This document shows positions 48,419-57,826 of a stretch of DNA of 64,000 nt, piece by piece. The position numbers and the translations under genes are program-made. Below the pieces are notes generated by a model. That model did no database searches. It was not told the DNA's origin and was given only the letters and a program-made list of their open reading frames with translations. The DNA comes from an uncultured Gaiellaceae bacterium (GTDB lineage: Bacteria > Actinomycetota > Thermoleophilia > Gaiellales > Gaiellaceae), in the NCBI GenBank assembly GCA_963738795.1, contig CAVTXQ010000010.1, forward strand, positions 358,257 through 422,256, in the 5' to 3' direction. Each line of letters opens with the position of its first letter. Position 1 is the first letter of the stretch.

Positions 48419-48427
48419 CGCACTACG

Positions 48428-48463
48428 GAGGCTTGTGTCGTATCAGACACAAGCCTCTTTTTC
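48428..48463 (+). terminator. rho-independent terminator of nfo
   Basis: GAGGCTTGTGTC-gtatca-GACACAAGCCTC, a 12-bp perfect stem followed by TTTTTC, 10 nt after the stop. Confidence 0.75.
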
Positions 48464-48820
48464 GCCCGCGCGTACTCGAGCGCGTCGAGGGCGATCGGCA
48501 GGTCAACTACGCGGGACGAGCCGGCCGCGCCGAGAACGGCGCGAGGCCGCCTGCCGGGTACGCAGTCCGGGCCGCCGGCGCAGCTCGCTCGGCGCGGACG
48601 AGCTCGCGGATCGTGTGGTAGCTCGGACGGCGCGATTCCCAGCTCCTCAGGCGGCTTCGCCCGACCGTCGCCAGGTCGCGGCGACCGACGTGCTCGTCGC
48701 GGTGGAGACGCGACGACGAGCGCGTGGATCCGAGGATCCTTCGCGGGCGATCGAGAAGCGCATCTTCCGAGCGTGCCCACGCCGCCGCGGGACCGTTCGT
48801 CACGACTTCGTCACGAAGGA

Positions 48821-48855
48821 CGAAAAGAAGGCTTGTGTCTGAACAGACACAAGCC
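48821..48855 (-). terminator. rho-independent terminator of the 48875..49289 gene, with the same stem sequence as 48428..48463
   Basis: On the minus strand: GGCTTGTGTC-tgttca-GACACAAGCC followed by TTCTTTTCG. Confidence 0.65.
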
Positions 48856-48874
48856 CGTTCGACCCGGTCGCGGC

Positions 48875-49289
48875 TTACGCGCTCGGGTTGATCTGCGCGA
48901 TCACGCGGAAGCTCGGGCGCTCGCGCGGGAGCTCGTGGAACTCCGGATTCCGGCAGCCGAGCTCGTCGCCGCGGCTCTCGTAGCAGGGCGACACCTCGAC
49001 CTTGCACATCGGCAGCGGCGCCCCGGTGGCGCGGATGCCGCCGAAGCCCTCGCGCCTCGCCTCGGCCGCCCGCAGCAGGTCGAGGTCGATCTCGACCGCC
49101 GTACACGCGCTGCATGCAGCCGACGTAGGTGTGGCCCCACGCCTCGTACGCGTAGACGAAGGGGCACGACCGCTCGATGCAGGCTCCGGGGTAGACGACC
49201 TTGTCGCAGTGCACCTCGCACCGTCGGCACTCGACCTCGTCCTGAGGTCGGAGAGGGAGCTCGACGGGGGCTTGTGCAGCCTCGTCCAT
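48875..49289 (-). CDS. cysteine-rich hypothetical protein; frame broken near 49100
   Basis: ATG at 49289 (MDEAAQAPV...ECRRCEVHCDKVVYPGACIERSCPFVYAYEAWGHTYVGCMQRVY, frame of 48507..49334) joins AVEIDLDLLRAAEARREGF...PMCKVEVSPCYESRGDELGCRNPEF (track ORF 48875..49324). Ten Cys residues. Confidence 0.5.
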
Positions 49290-49411
49290 GGTCGGATTGT
49301 GGTCACGGTTTTCACGTCCCGCAAGACTTGACAAGCGCCCGATTTTCAGGCACGCACCGGGCGCGCGGAACCGTCCAGCGAGTGTCCATCCGTCGTTAGG
49401 ATCGCCGGTTC

Positions 49412-50455
49412 ATGGTCCGGCGCATCCTCTTCACCTCGGTCGCGCTGGCGCCGATCGTCGTCCTGATCCACTACGTCTTCCACCCGACCGAGACGGTCGA
49501 CTTCGTGCTCGCGGCCGCCGCACTGATCCCGCTCGCGTGGCTGATCGGCGAGGCGACCGAGCACGCCGCGGAGCACACGGGACCGGGGATCGGCGGCTTC
49601 CTCAACGCGACGTTCGGCAACGCGCCTGAGCTGATCATCGCGCTCTTCGCCGTCCAGCGCGATGGAGTTCGAGGTCGTGCGCGGGTCGCTCACCGGCTCC
49701 GTCGTCGGCAACCTCCTGCTCGTGCTCGGCTTCTCGCTGCTCTTCGGCGGCCGCGGCGAGATCGACCGGCCGTCGAGCTTCCTCGCGCTCGCACTCGTCG
49801 CCGGCACGACCCTGCTGCTGCTGATCCCGTCGATCCCCGGCTGGGATGGCGATCCCGAGCGCGACGAGCTGGTCAAGCTCTCGATCCCGGTCTCCATCGT
49901 CCTGCTCGTCGCCTACGTGATCCTCACCGTGTACTCGCTCCGGCGACACGCGGCGCTGCACATAGCGAGCGACGCGGAGATCACCGGCTGGTCGCTGCGG
50001 CTCGCGCTCGTCGTGCTCGGGCTCGCGACAGTCGTCACCGCGCTGGTGGCGGAGATCCTCGTCGGCTCGATCGACAAGTTCGCCGAGGAGTCGGGGCTGA
50101 GCGAGTTCTTCCTCGCGGCGGTCGTGATCGCGATCGTCGGCAACGCGGCCGAGCACGGCGGCGCCGTCGTCGTCGCCGCCCGCGGCAAGATCAAGCTCGC
50201 GGCCGAGATCGCGCTCGCATCGAGCGCGCAGGTCGCCGTCTTCCTGATCCCCGCCGTCGCGCTGCTCGGCGCTCCTGATCGAGCCGCTCGCGCTCTCCTT
50301 CCGCAAGGTCGAGATCGCCGCGCTCGCGGTCGGTGTGGTGGTGACGTCGATCCTGCTCGCCGACGGGCGCTCGAGCCGCCTCAAGGGCGTGATCCTGATC
50401 GTGACGTACGTCGGTGTCGCGTCGCTTCTACTGCCGGCGACGCGGCGAGGGCTGA
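49412..50455 (+). CDS. Ca2+/H+ (CaCA family, ChaA/Cax-like) antiporter; at least two frame breaks (about 49661 and 50270); 3' end uncertain
   Basis: The alpha-repeat motifs [12 protein letters not shown] and [10 protein letters not shown] lie in the frames of 49412..50278 and 49662..50996. The last helices ([14 protein letters not shown]) are in the frame of 50335... The stop at 50453-50455 requires one more shift. Confidence 0.7.
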
Positions 50456-50506
50456 GCGTCGGGCCGCGCTGGCGCCCCGACGCTGCGTCCCAGTCGCGCA
50501 GCTCGG

Positions 50507-51860
50507 CTATCGGTGCTCCTGGTCCTTGCCTCGGAACGCATCGCGACGGCTCGCGGCGCACGGGAGTACGTCGCGAAGTAGAGCTTCTCGACCCCGCCGT
50601 CCGCGTCTCGGACGACGCGCAGCAGCTCGCCGCGCTCGCGCCCTTCGACGCTGCGGAAGCGGTCGTCGCCGTCCGGCTCGAGATAGGAGGTGTCGCGTCC
50701 GGGCACGCCGCCGAGGAGCTTCGCCTCGAGCCTGCCCTGCCGCCACGAGAGCACGATCTGATGCCCCTCGGTCCACCAGGGGCCGAGGAGCGGCTCGATC
50801 TCGGCCGGCGCCGGCTCGCCCGCCTGCCACGCGTCCGTCGCCGCGCGGCAGCGCGGCGATCGCCGCCGTCGCGAGATCGAGCGCGAGCTTCTCGGGCGCC
50901 GCGCCTGCGCCGGTGTTCGTCAGCACCGCGGCACCGATCTTCGTCTTCCGGTCGACGACGAGCCCTGCGAGGTGCCCCGGCATCGCGCCGCCGTGACCGA
51001 CGAAGAGGTGCTCGCCGCGACGGTAGAGCTCGAGCCCCGTCCCCCAGGCCATCGTCCAGCCCGCGTGGTCGACCATCGCCCGGACGTGCGCCATCTCCTC
51101 CAGCGTCGAGCTCTGCAGCACGTCGTCGTCGCCGGACGCGAGAAATGCACCCCAGCGCGCCAGGTCGCCGGTCGTCGACCACAGCTTGCCGAGCGCGCCG
51201 GCGCCGCCGAGATCGAGCTCCGGCTCCAGCCGAACGGCGTCCGAGTACGGCTCGACGAAGTAGCCGCGCGGCCGCCGGCTCGGACTCGTCGGGCGTCGTC
51301 CGCGACAGTCCGAGCGGAGCGAGGATCCGCTCCTGCAGCGCCTCCTCCCAGGTGCCGCCGTGCGCGCGGGCGACGACCTCGCCGAGCAGCGCGAACGCGA
51401 GGTTCGAGTAGTGCCACCAGGTGCCGGGGTCGAGCACCTGCTCCGCGTCCGCGGTGCCGGAGAGCAGCTCCTCGCGCGACGGCGCCTTCATCGTCTCCCA
51501 GATCTCGCCCGGCGGCTCGCGCTGGAGGCCGGAGGAGTGCGCGAGCATGCGGCCGAGCGTCGGCCCGTGCGCGCTGTCGGGCAGATGCTTCGTCAGCGGA
51601 TCGTCGAGCGAGAGCTCGCCTGCGTCGCGCAGCTGGAGGATCCCGACCGCAGTGAACGTCTTCGTGATCGAGCCGATCCGGTACTGGGTCTGCGGCGTCG
51701 CCTCCCGCTTCGCCTCGACGTCCGCGAGCCCGAGCGCCTGCTCCCAGATCACTTCACCGTCGCGGAAGACGGCTGCGCTGACCGACGGCAGCCGCTCCTC
51801 CGCCTGGGCGGCGGCAAGCTTGCCTTCGAGGTCCTCGCGGAGCAGGTCAGGCGCTGACAC
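50507..51860 (-). CDS. serine hydrolase (beta-lactamase/transpeptidase-like) with extra C-terminal domain; frame breaks at about 51273 and 50851; 3' end uncertain
   Basis: GTG at 51860. The motif IGSITKTFTA (S-x-x-K) lies in the frame of 49635..52346. It continues in track ORFs 50507..51121 and 50428..50754. The end is at either 50428 or 50507. Confidence 0.7.
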
Positions 51861-52885
51861 GGGCTCCGAGCGCCTGCGGGATCGCGTCGACCGCAACCTC
51901 GATCGCGTCGTCGTCGACGCCGGCGTACGTAACGGCGCGCAGGAACCCGGGCCGTAGCGTCGAGACGAGCACGCCTTGCTCGGCGATCCGTGCCGCCGCA
52001 TCGCTCGCGCCGAGCCCGAGCGGCCGGACGTCGATCGCGACGAAGTTCGACTCGGTCGCGGCCGGATCGACGGCGAGTCCCGCGTCGGCGAGCCCCTCGG
52101 CGAGACGACGAGCCCGGCGGTGATCGTCAGCCAGTCGGTCGACGTGATGATCGAGTGCGTGCAGCATGGCCGCTGCGACGACTCCCGCCTGGCGCAGAGC
52201 GCCGCCGAACTGGAACTTGCAGCGCCAGGCTTCCTCCATCCGCTCAGCCGAGGTCGCCAGCACGGCGCCGAACGGACAGCCGAGGCCCTTGGAGAAACAG
52301 ACCGTGACGGTGTCGGCGAGCCCGCCCCACGTTGCCGCGGGCACACCGCTGGCCACAGATGCGTTCAGCAGGCGAGCGCCGTCGAGATGGACACCGACGT
52401 CGAGCTCGCGCGCCGCGGCGACGGTGCTCTTGTACAGATCGAGCGGCCAAACCCGCCCGCCTGCCGACCGGTGCGTCTGCTCGAGCACGACCACCGACGG
52501 AGGCTGGAGCGCCCCGTCGCAGAGGCCCTCCCACTCACGGAGGTGCGCCGGCGTCAGCCAACCCGCCTCGGCCGGCGACGCCGCGCATCACGAGACCGCT
52601 GTGCGCGGCAGCGCCGCCCGACTCGTACACGAGGACGTGCGTCCGCTCTTCCGCGAGCAGCTCGCCGCCTCGCGTACCGAGGAGCCGCAGCGCGATCTGG
52701 TTCGCCATCGTGGCGGTCGGGACGAAGAGGGCCTGCTCCTGTCCGAGCAGCTCCGCCGCCCGGCGCTGGAGCTCGTTCACGGTCGGATCCTCGCGGCGCT
52801 GCTCGTCGCCGAGCTCGGCTTCGGCCATCGCCGCGTACATCTCCGGCGTCGGCTTGGTCGCGGTGTCGGAGCGGAGGTCGATCAC
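51847..52885 (-). CDS. ltaE: low-specificity L-threonine aldolase; frame broken near 52572
   Basis: Track ORF 52535..52885 (MIDLRSDTATKPTPEMYAAMAEAELGDE...) joins track ORF 51847..52494 (...HLDGARLLNA...FSKGLG...). Confidence 0.8.
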
Positions 52886-52939
52886 GCGCGCAGACTATCG
52901 GCTCACATCTTCTATAACCGATGTGCTATACACGACTCA

Positions 52940-53254
52940 GTGAACGCGCTCGCAGCACTCGCCGACCCGACGCGCCGCCGCATCGTCGAGCTGCTCGCGG
53001 AGCGTGAGCACGACGTCGCGCAGCTGAATGCCCACTTCCAGATCAGCCAGCCCGCCGTCTCGAGGCACCTCCGGGTCCTGCGCGAGCACGGGCTCGTCCG
53101 CTCCCGGCCGGACGCACAGCGGCGCATCTACTCGCTCGACCCCACCCCACTCGCCGAGCTCGACGACTGGCTCGGCCGCTACCGCGCCTTCTGGGGGCAG
53201 CGGCTCGACGCGCTCGAGACTGAGCTCCGGCGCGCTCGAAAGGAGACGACGTGA
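52940..53254 (+). CDS. ArsR/SmtB-family transcriptional regulator
   Basis: GTG at 52940 in the frame of 52166..53254. ALADPTRRRIVELLAEREHDVAQLNAHFQISQPAVSRHLRVLREHGLV. Confidence 0.85.
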   Translation: MNALAALADPTRRRIVELLAEREHDVAQLNAHFQISQPAVSRHLRVLREHGLVRSRPDAQRRIYSLDPTPLAELDDWLGRYRAFWGQRLDALETELRRARKETT

Positions 53255-54221
53255 CCGAGCTGACCGCCGACGTCGGCGCCCTGCGGAACGACGACGAGCG
53301 CTGCGCCGTCCGCTTCGAGCGTCTGTACGACTTCACTCCCGACGAAGCTCTGGTCGGCTCTGACCGACCCGGACCGGCTGGGACGCTGGCTCGCGATGGC
53401 CGACGTCGCAGCCCGGCGCGGGCGGTCACGTGAAGCTCGGGTTCGACGACGGCGTCACGGAGGGCCGCATCCTCACGTGGGACGAGCCGCGCGTCCTGGA
53501 GTACGAGTGGCGCTTCACCGGCGAGGACGAGTCGGTCGTCCGCTTCGAGCTCCACCCGCAGGAGTACGGGACGCTGCTCGTGCTCGACCACCGCCGCCTC
53601 GGCCGCGCCGCCGGCATGGGCTACGCGGCCGGCTGGCATGCGCATCTCGACGCGCTCGCGGGGACGATCGAGCTCGAGGCGTGGCAGCAGCGGTTCGAGG
53701 AGCTGCTGCCCACTTACCGTGAACAGGCCGACGAGCTCGGCTGGAACCGCAAGCCGACATCCACCGTGCGCGAAGCGCTCTACCGCGGCGACCGCGATGC
53801 GGCCGAAGCCGCGGCGTACGGTGCGGAGCTGGACGTGTTCGATGCGGCGGCACTCGGTCGGGCTGACAGGTTGCGCGAGCTCCTCGACGCGAATCCGGAG
53901 CTCGTGCAGACGCTGTCCGACGACGGCTTCACCCCCCTCCACCTCGCCTGCTTCGCAGGCGGCGCCGACGCCGTTCGGCTGCTCGTCGAGCGGGGCGCGC
54001 CGCTCGAACGGCTTGCGGAAGCGTCGTTCGCACGGGTGCGCCCGCTCGGGACCGCGGTCTTCGCGGGACAGGTCGACGCGGCTCGGATCCTCCTCGAGGC
54101 CGGCGCAGACCCGAACGGCGGCGACTCCGGCGAGCACCGGCCGCTGCAGACGGCGGAGGCGAACGGGAACGAGGAGCTCGCCGGGCTCCTGCGCGAGCAC
54201 GGGGCTACCCTGCCCGTGTGA
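53251..54221 (+). CDS. SRPBCC/AHSA1-like domain fused to ankyrin repeats; two frame breaks (about 53347 and 53411)
   Basis: GTG at 53251 overlaps the ArsR stop. Removing single bases gives ...FTPDELWSALTDPDRLGRWLAMADVAPGAGGHVKLGF...VLEYEWRF... The ankyrin part is DGFTPLHLACFAGGADAVRLLVERGAP... and ...HRPLQTAEANGNEELAGLL. Confidence 0.65.
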
Positions 54222-55199
54222 ACCTCGAGCTCCTCGCGGACGTGCTCGCCGACCGCGGCCAGCCCGCCTTCCGCGCCCGGCAGGTGTGGGAGTGGACGGC
54301 CCGCGGCGTGTCCGGCTACGAGGAGATGACGAACCTGCCGCGTGCTCTGCGCGACGAGCTCGCCGAGGCGGTGCCGTTCTCGACCCTGACCGTCGAGGAC
54401 GAGGCGCACGCCGCCGACGGCACGGTCAAGGCGCTCTTCCGCACCGCCGACGGCCATCCGGTCGAGGCCGTGCTGATGCGCTACCGCGACGGCAGGCGCT
54501 CCGTCTGCGTCTCGTCCCAGTCCGGCTGCCCGCTCACCTGCACCTTCTGCGCCACCGGCGCGATGCGCTTCGGGCGCAACCTGCGCGCGTCCGAGATCCT
54601 CGACCAGGTGCTCCACTTCCGGCGGATCGAGCCGGTGAACCACCTCGTCTTCATGGGCATGGGCGAGCCGTTCCTCAACTACGACGAGGTACTCGCCGCC
54701 GCGCTGCGGCTGCCTGAGGTCGGGATCACCCACAGGCGCACGACGATCTCGACCGTCGGCTGGCTGCCCGGCCTGACCCGCTTCGTCGACGAGGTCGACA
54801 AGCCGATCCGCCTCGCGCTCTCGATCCACGCAGCCGATCCGCGCCTGCGCTCCGAGATCATGCCGGTCAACGACCGCTATCCACTGCCGAGCGTCCTCGA
54901 CGAGTGCCGCCGCTACTTCGAGCTCCGCCGGCGGAAGGTCTTCGTCGAGTACGTGCATGCTCGCCGGGGTCAACGACTCGCCGGAGCGGGCGCAGGAGCT
55001 GGCCGGGCTGCTCGACCCGAAGGTCTTCAAGGTCAACCTGATCCCGTACAACCCGACGGGGATGTACGACGGCTCCTCGCGGGACGCGATTGCGGCGTTC
55101 AAAGCCGTTCTCGACCGCGCACGCCTGCCGTCGACCGTCCGCCTCACCCGTGGGCGCGACATCGCCGCCGCGTGCGGTCAGCTGGCCGCGACACGTTAG
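54218..55199 (+). CDS. rlmN: 23S rRNA/tRNA m2A methyltransferase RlmN (radical SAM); frame broken at 54956
   Basis: CPLTCTFCATG radical-SAM motif. Removing the c at 54956 restores FVEYVMLAGVNDS and joins track ORFs 54218..55213 and 54957..55199. Confidence 0.85.
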
Positions 55200-55268
55200 A
55201 CCTACCCCTTTAGAGGCATTTCGCACGACCCTCTTGCCCGACTCGGCAACGCTGCCGATAGTGAGAAG

Positions 55269-56285
55269 GTGGAAGCGGCCCACATCACCTGGCGACCACT
55301 CGGGCGACTGCTCGTCGAACAGGGCCTGCTCACGGACGACGAGCTCGAGCGCGCGCTGGCGGAGCAGCAGACGACGGGGCAGCGCCTCGGCGAGACGATC
55401 GTCAAGCTCGGCTTCGTCTCCGGCCCCGAGCTCGCAAGCGCGCTCGCGGCCCAGTACGGGATCGAGCTGACGACCGAGAAGGGCTTCGGCACCGGTCTCC
55501 GCTCCGAGATCCAGCGGCGGCACGAGAGCGGACGCGAGCGCGTCGTCCAGCTCGTACCGAACGCGAACGCCGATACCGACTCGGAGCCCGAGCCGGAGAC
55601 CCAGGCGGAGATCTTCGAGTTCGTCCCGGCGTCCGAGCCGGTGCCGGACTCCGGCGAGGCGGCGCTGCTCGCCCAGCTCGAGGAGCAGTGGGCGAAGCTC
55701 GCTGCGGCGGAGGCGGCGGTTGCCGAGCGCGAACGCGAGCTCACCGAGCTCAACCGAGAGCCGCGAGCGCGAGCTTGCCGAGCTGGTCGAGAGCCGCGAC
55801 CGTGCGCTCGCCGAGTCCGCCGAGCGCGAGCGGGAGTCGAGGAGCGGGCCGAGAGCCGTGAGCGCGAGCTTGCAGAACTGGCCGAGAGCCGCGAGCGCGA
55901 CGGCGAGCTGGCCGAGCGCGAGCGCGAGCTTCGCGAGCTCGCCGAGAGCCGTGAGCGCGAACTGGCGGAGCTGACCGAGCGCCACCACGGCGACCTGCGC
56001 CGGCTCGAGGAGCTGAACGAGCGGCTGCGCGGGGAGATCGAGGAGCTGCGGAACGCGCCGATGCCGGCGCCGGACGAGCCCGCTCCCGTCGTGCCTTCGA
56101 GCCACCTCCTCTTCGTTCAGCTCGGCGAGCGCTACGAGCTGATCTCACGCGACGGCCCACCCCCGCTCCAGAGCACGCCGCTTTCGCTGCCGGACGTCGA
56201 CGACGGAACCTTCGTCGCCGCCGGACGACGCGCATCGCCGCTGCCGGGCGACGAGCGGCCCTGCGTCGTCGTCCAGCGCGGCTAG
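55269..56285 (+). CDS. MshEN/T2SSE_N-like domain protein with coiled-coil repeat region
   Basis: 338-aa track ORF. The N-terminus carries two 24-residue motifs (PLGRLLVEQGLLTDDELERALAEQ and RLGETIVKLGFVSGPELASALAAQ). The central ESRERELAEL repeats run partly in the frame of 55720..55974, which suggests compensating indels near 55753 and 55845. Confidence 0.65.
   Translation: MEAAHITWRPLGRLLVEQGLLTDDELERALAEQQTTGQRLGETIVKLGFVSGPELASALAAQYGIELTTEKGFGTGLRSEIQRRHESGRERVVQLVPNANADTDSEPEPETQAEIFEFVPASEPVPDSGEAALLAQLEEQWAKLAAAEAAVAERERELTELNREPRARACRAGREPRPCARRVRRARAGVEERAESRERELAELAESRERDGELAERERELRELAESRERELAELTERHHGDLRRLEELNERLRGEIEELRNAPMPAPDEPAPVVPSSHLLFVQLGERYELISRDGPPPLQSTPLSLPDVDDGTFVAAGRRASPLPGDERPCVVVQRG
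55743..55990 (+). repeat. imperfect tandem coding repeats (unit about 33 nt, GCCGAGAGCCGYGAGCGCGARCTKGCSGARCTG)
   Basis: Read directly. At least four units encode (A)ESRERELAEL, with related RERELRELAE units between them. Confidence 0.6.
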
Positions 56286-56875
56286 CCGCTCGGCCACGCA
56301 GGCGTCTCCGGGCGGAGGTCGTACAGGCCTCCGGGCCGGCACTGCGACGAGTGGTACTCACCTTCAGGAGCGCGCGCGTCCTCGGCGGCAACCCGCACGG
56401 CGATCGCCCGGGCATCGGCCGCTGCGACGCCGAGACCACGCGCGACCGCCTCGGCCGACTGGACGGCGTAGCACTGCGTCTGCGCCTCGTTGACGATCCC
56501 GCGCAGGTGCCACGACTCGTGTGCGAGCGTGACGATGCCGCTGACCGCCGCGAGCGTGCGCTCGTCGCAGCCACCGGTGAGGAGACATGCGAACGAGCCC
56601 TGCTGCCCGCGCCAGATCCGCTCGAGGCTCCCGCACGTCGATGCGGAGAGGCTCGTCTCGTCGGACGGCCTGCCGTGCTCGTCGAAGTCGACCCAGCCGG
56701 CGTTCGGGGTGATCTCGATCAGGCGTGTCCAGAACCCGGGACAGCTGACGTCGACGTCGCGCAACGCGACGGCGCTCGCCACGAGCGCAAGCCGGTTCTC
56801 GTTCTCCTCCCGGCGCGTGTACTGCCAGGCGGAGAAGAGCAACAGCGGGATCAGCAGCACCAGCACGATTCGCAT
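56282..56875 (-). CDS. membrane-anchored hypothetical protein with an HExxH motif
   Basis: Track ORF 56282..57160, trimmed to the ATG at 56875 (MRIVLVLLIPLLLFSAW...). Contains LAHESWHL and six Cys residues. Confidence 0.5.
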   Translation of the reverse strand: MRIVLVLLIPLLLFSAWQYTRREENENRLALVASAVALRDVDVSCPGFWTRLIEITPNAGWVDFDEHGRPSDETSLSASTCGSLERIWRGQQGSFACLLTGGCDERTLAAVSGIVTLAHESWHLRGIVNEAQTQCYAVQSAEAVARGLGVAAADARAIAVRVAAEDARAPEGEYHSSQCRPGGLYDLRPETPAWPSG

Positions 56876-56920
56876 ACGAGCGTTATCGGCCGCGTCCGCC
56901 GTCGCCCGTAGATTCAGGCG

Positions 56921-57595
56921 ATGCGCCGACGCCGCAGACAGCCCCGGCGGCAGCCGCCTGCCGTCGCGCGCCACGGCCAGGCGCGCCCGCGTGCACTGTC
57001 CGACGTCCTCCGGCTGCCCCGGCGCAGCCCTCTCTACCCGGAGCTCGCCCGAGCCCTCGCCGCCGCGGACGCGGTGCACGTCCTTTGCTCCGATCTCGAG
57101 CCCGTGCCGGTGCGTGCGACCTCGACCACGAGCCAGAGCGGCTGCTATCGCCTGCGCCACGGCGACCCCGTCGACCTGCGCGTCTCACGACGGCACGGCC
57201 GCGTCGCGCTCAGCTTCCTCCACGAGCTGGGGCACTTCGCCGACCATCAGCTCGGGCACGAGCTCGGCCCCGCGTGGGCGTCCGGACACCACGAGTCGTT
57301 CGAGGGCTGGCGCGAGGCCGCTGCGCAGCTCCCGTCCCGGCTGCCCGCGGGCGTCGGCCGCTCACGGCGGCGCTACTTCACCTCGTCGAAGGAGCTGTGG
57401 GCGCGCAGCTACGCGCAGACCGTCTTGACGGTCACGCACGACCCGACGCTCCACGCCGCGCTCGCCGGCCTGATCGAGGTGGAGGATGTCTTCGTCTGGC
57501 CCGCTGCCGAGTTCGAGCCAGTCGCGCACGCCGTCGAAGCGACGTTCGAGCGCCTAGGGCTTCTCCGAGTTCCGAGAATCACGGTCGCCGCCTGA
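56921..57595 (+). CDS. hypothetical protein with an HExxH motif (putative metallopeptidase)
   Basis: 224-aa track ORF. FLHELGHFADH. The start is uncertain because the N-terminus is Arg-rich. Confidence 0.45.
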   Translation: MRRRRRQPRRQPPAVARHGQARPRALSDVLRLPRRSPLYPELARALAAADAVHVLCSDLEPVPVRATSTTSQSGCYRLRHGDPVDLRVSRRHGRVALSFLHELGHFADHQLGHELGPAWASGHHESFEGWREAAAQLPSRLPAGVGRSRRRYFTSSKELWARSYAQTVLTVTHDPTLHAALAGLIEVEDVFVWPAAEFEPVAHAVEATFERLGLLRVPRITVAA

Positions 57596-57823
57596 TCCGG
57601 CGGCCTTGTCCCACTGGCGTTGGAACCAGCCCCGGGTGTCGACGCGATCCATCACCGCCTTGTCGAACGTCGCACCACGCTCGAGCAGGATCTGCTGCAG
57701 CAGCTCTTTCTCGTCGCCGTTCAGGTCTGCGGCGAGCGCCTTGATCGCATCGGCGAACGCCCGGCCGGAGTGCTGCGCGGCGAGCTCGTCGACGCGCCAC
57801 TCGAGGTCGGCGCGGCCCAGCAC
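57554..57823 (-). CDS. small hypothetical protein
   Basis: 89-aa track ORF immediately downstream of gcvPB. Helical and acidic. No family recognised. Confidence 0.35.
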   Translation of the reverse strand: MLGRADLEWRVDELAAQHSGRAFADAIKALAADLNGDEKELLQQILLERGATFDKAVMDRVDTRGWFQRQWDKAAGSGGDRDSRNSEKP

Positions 57824-57826
57824 TAC

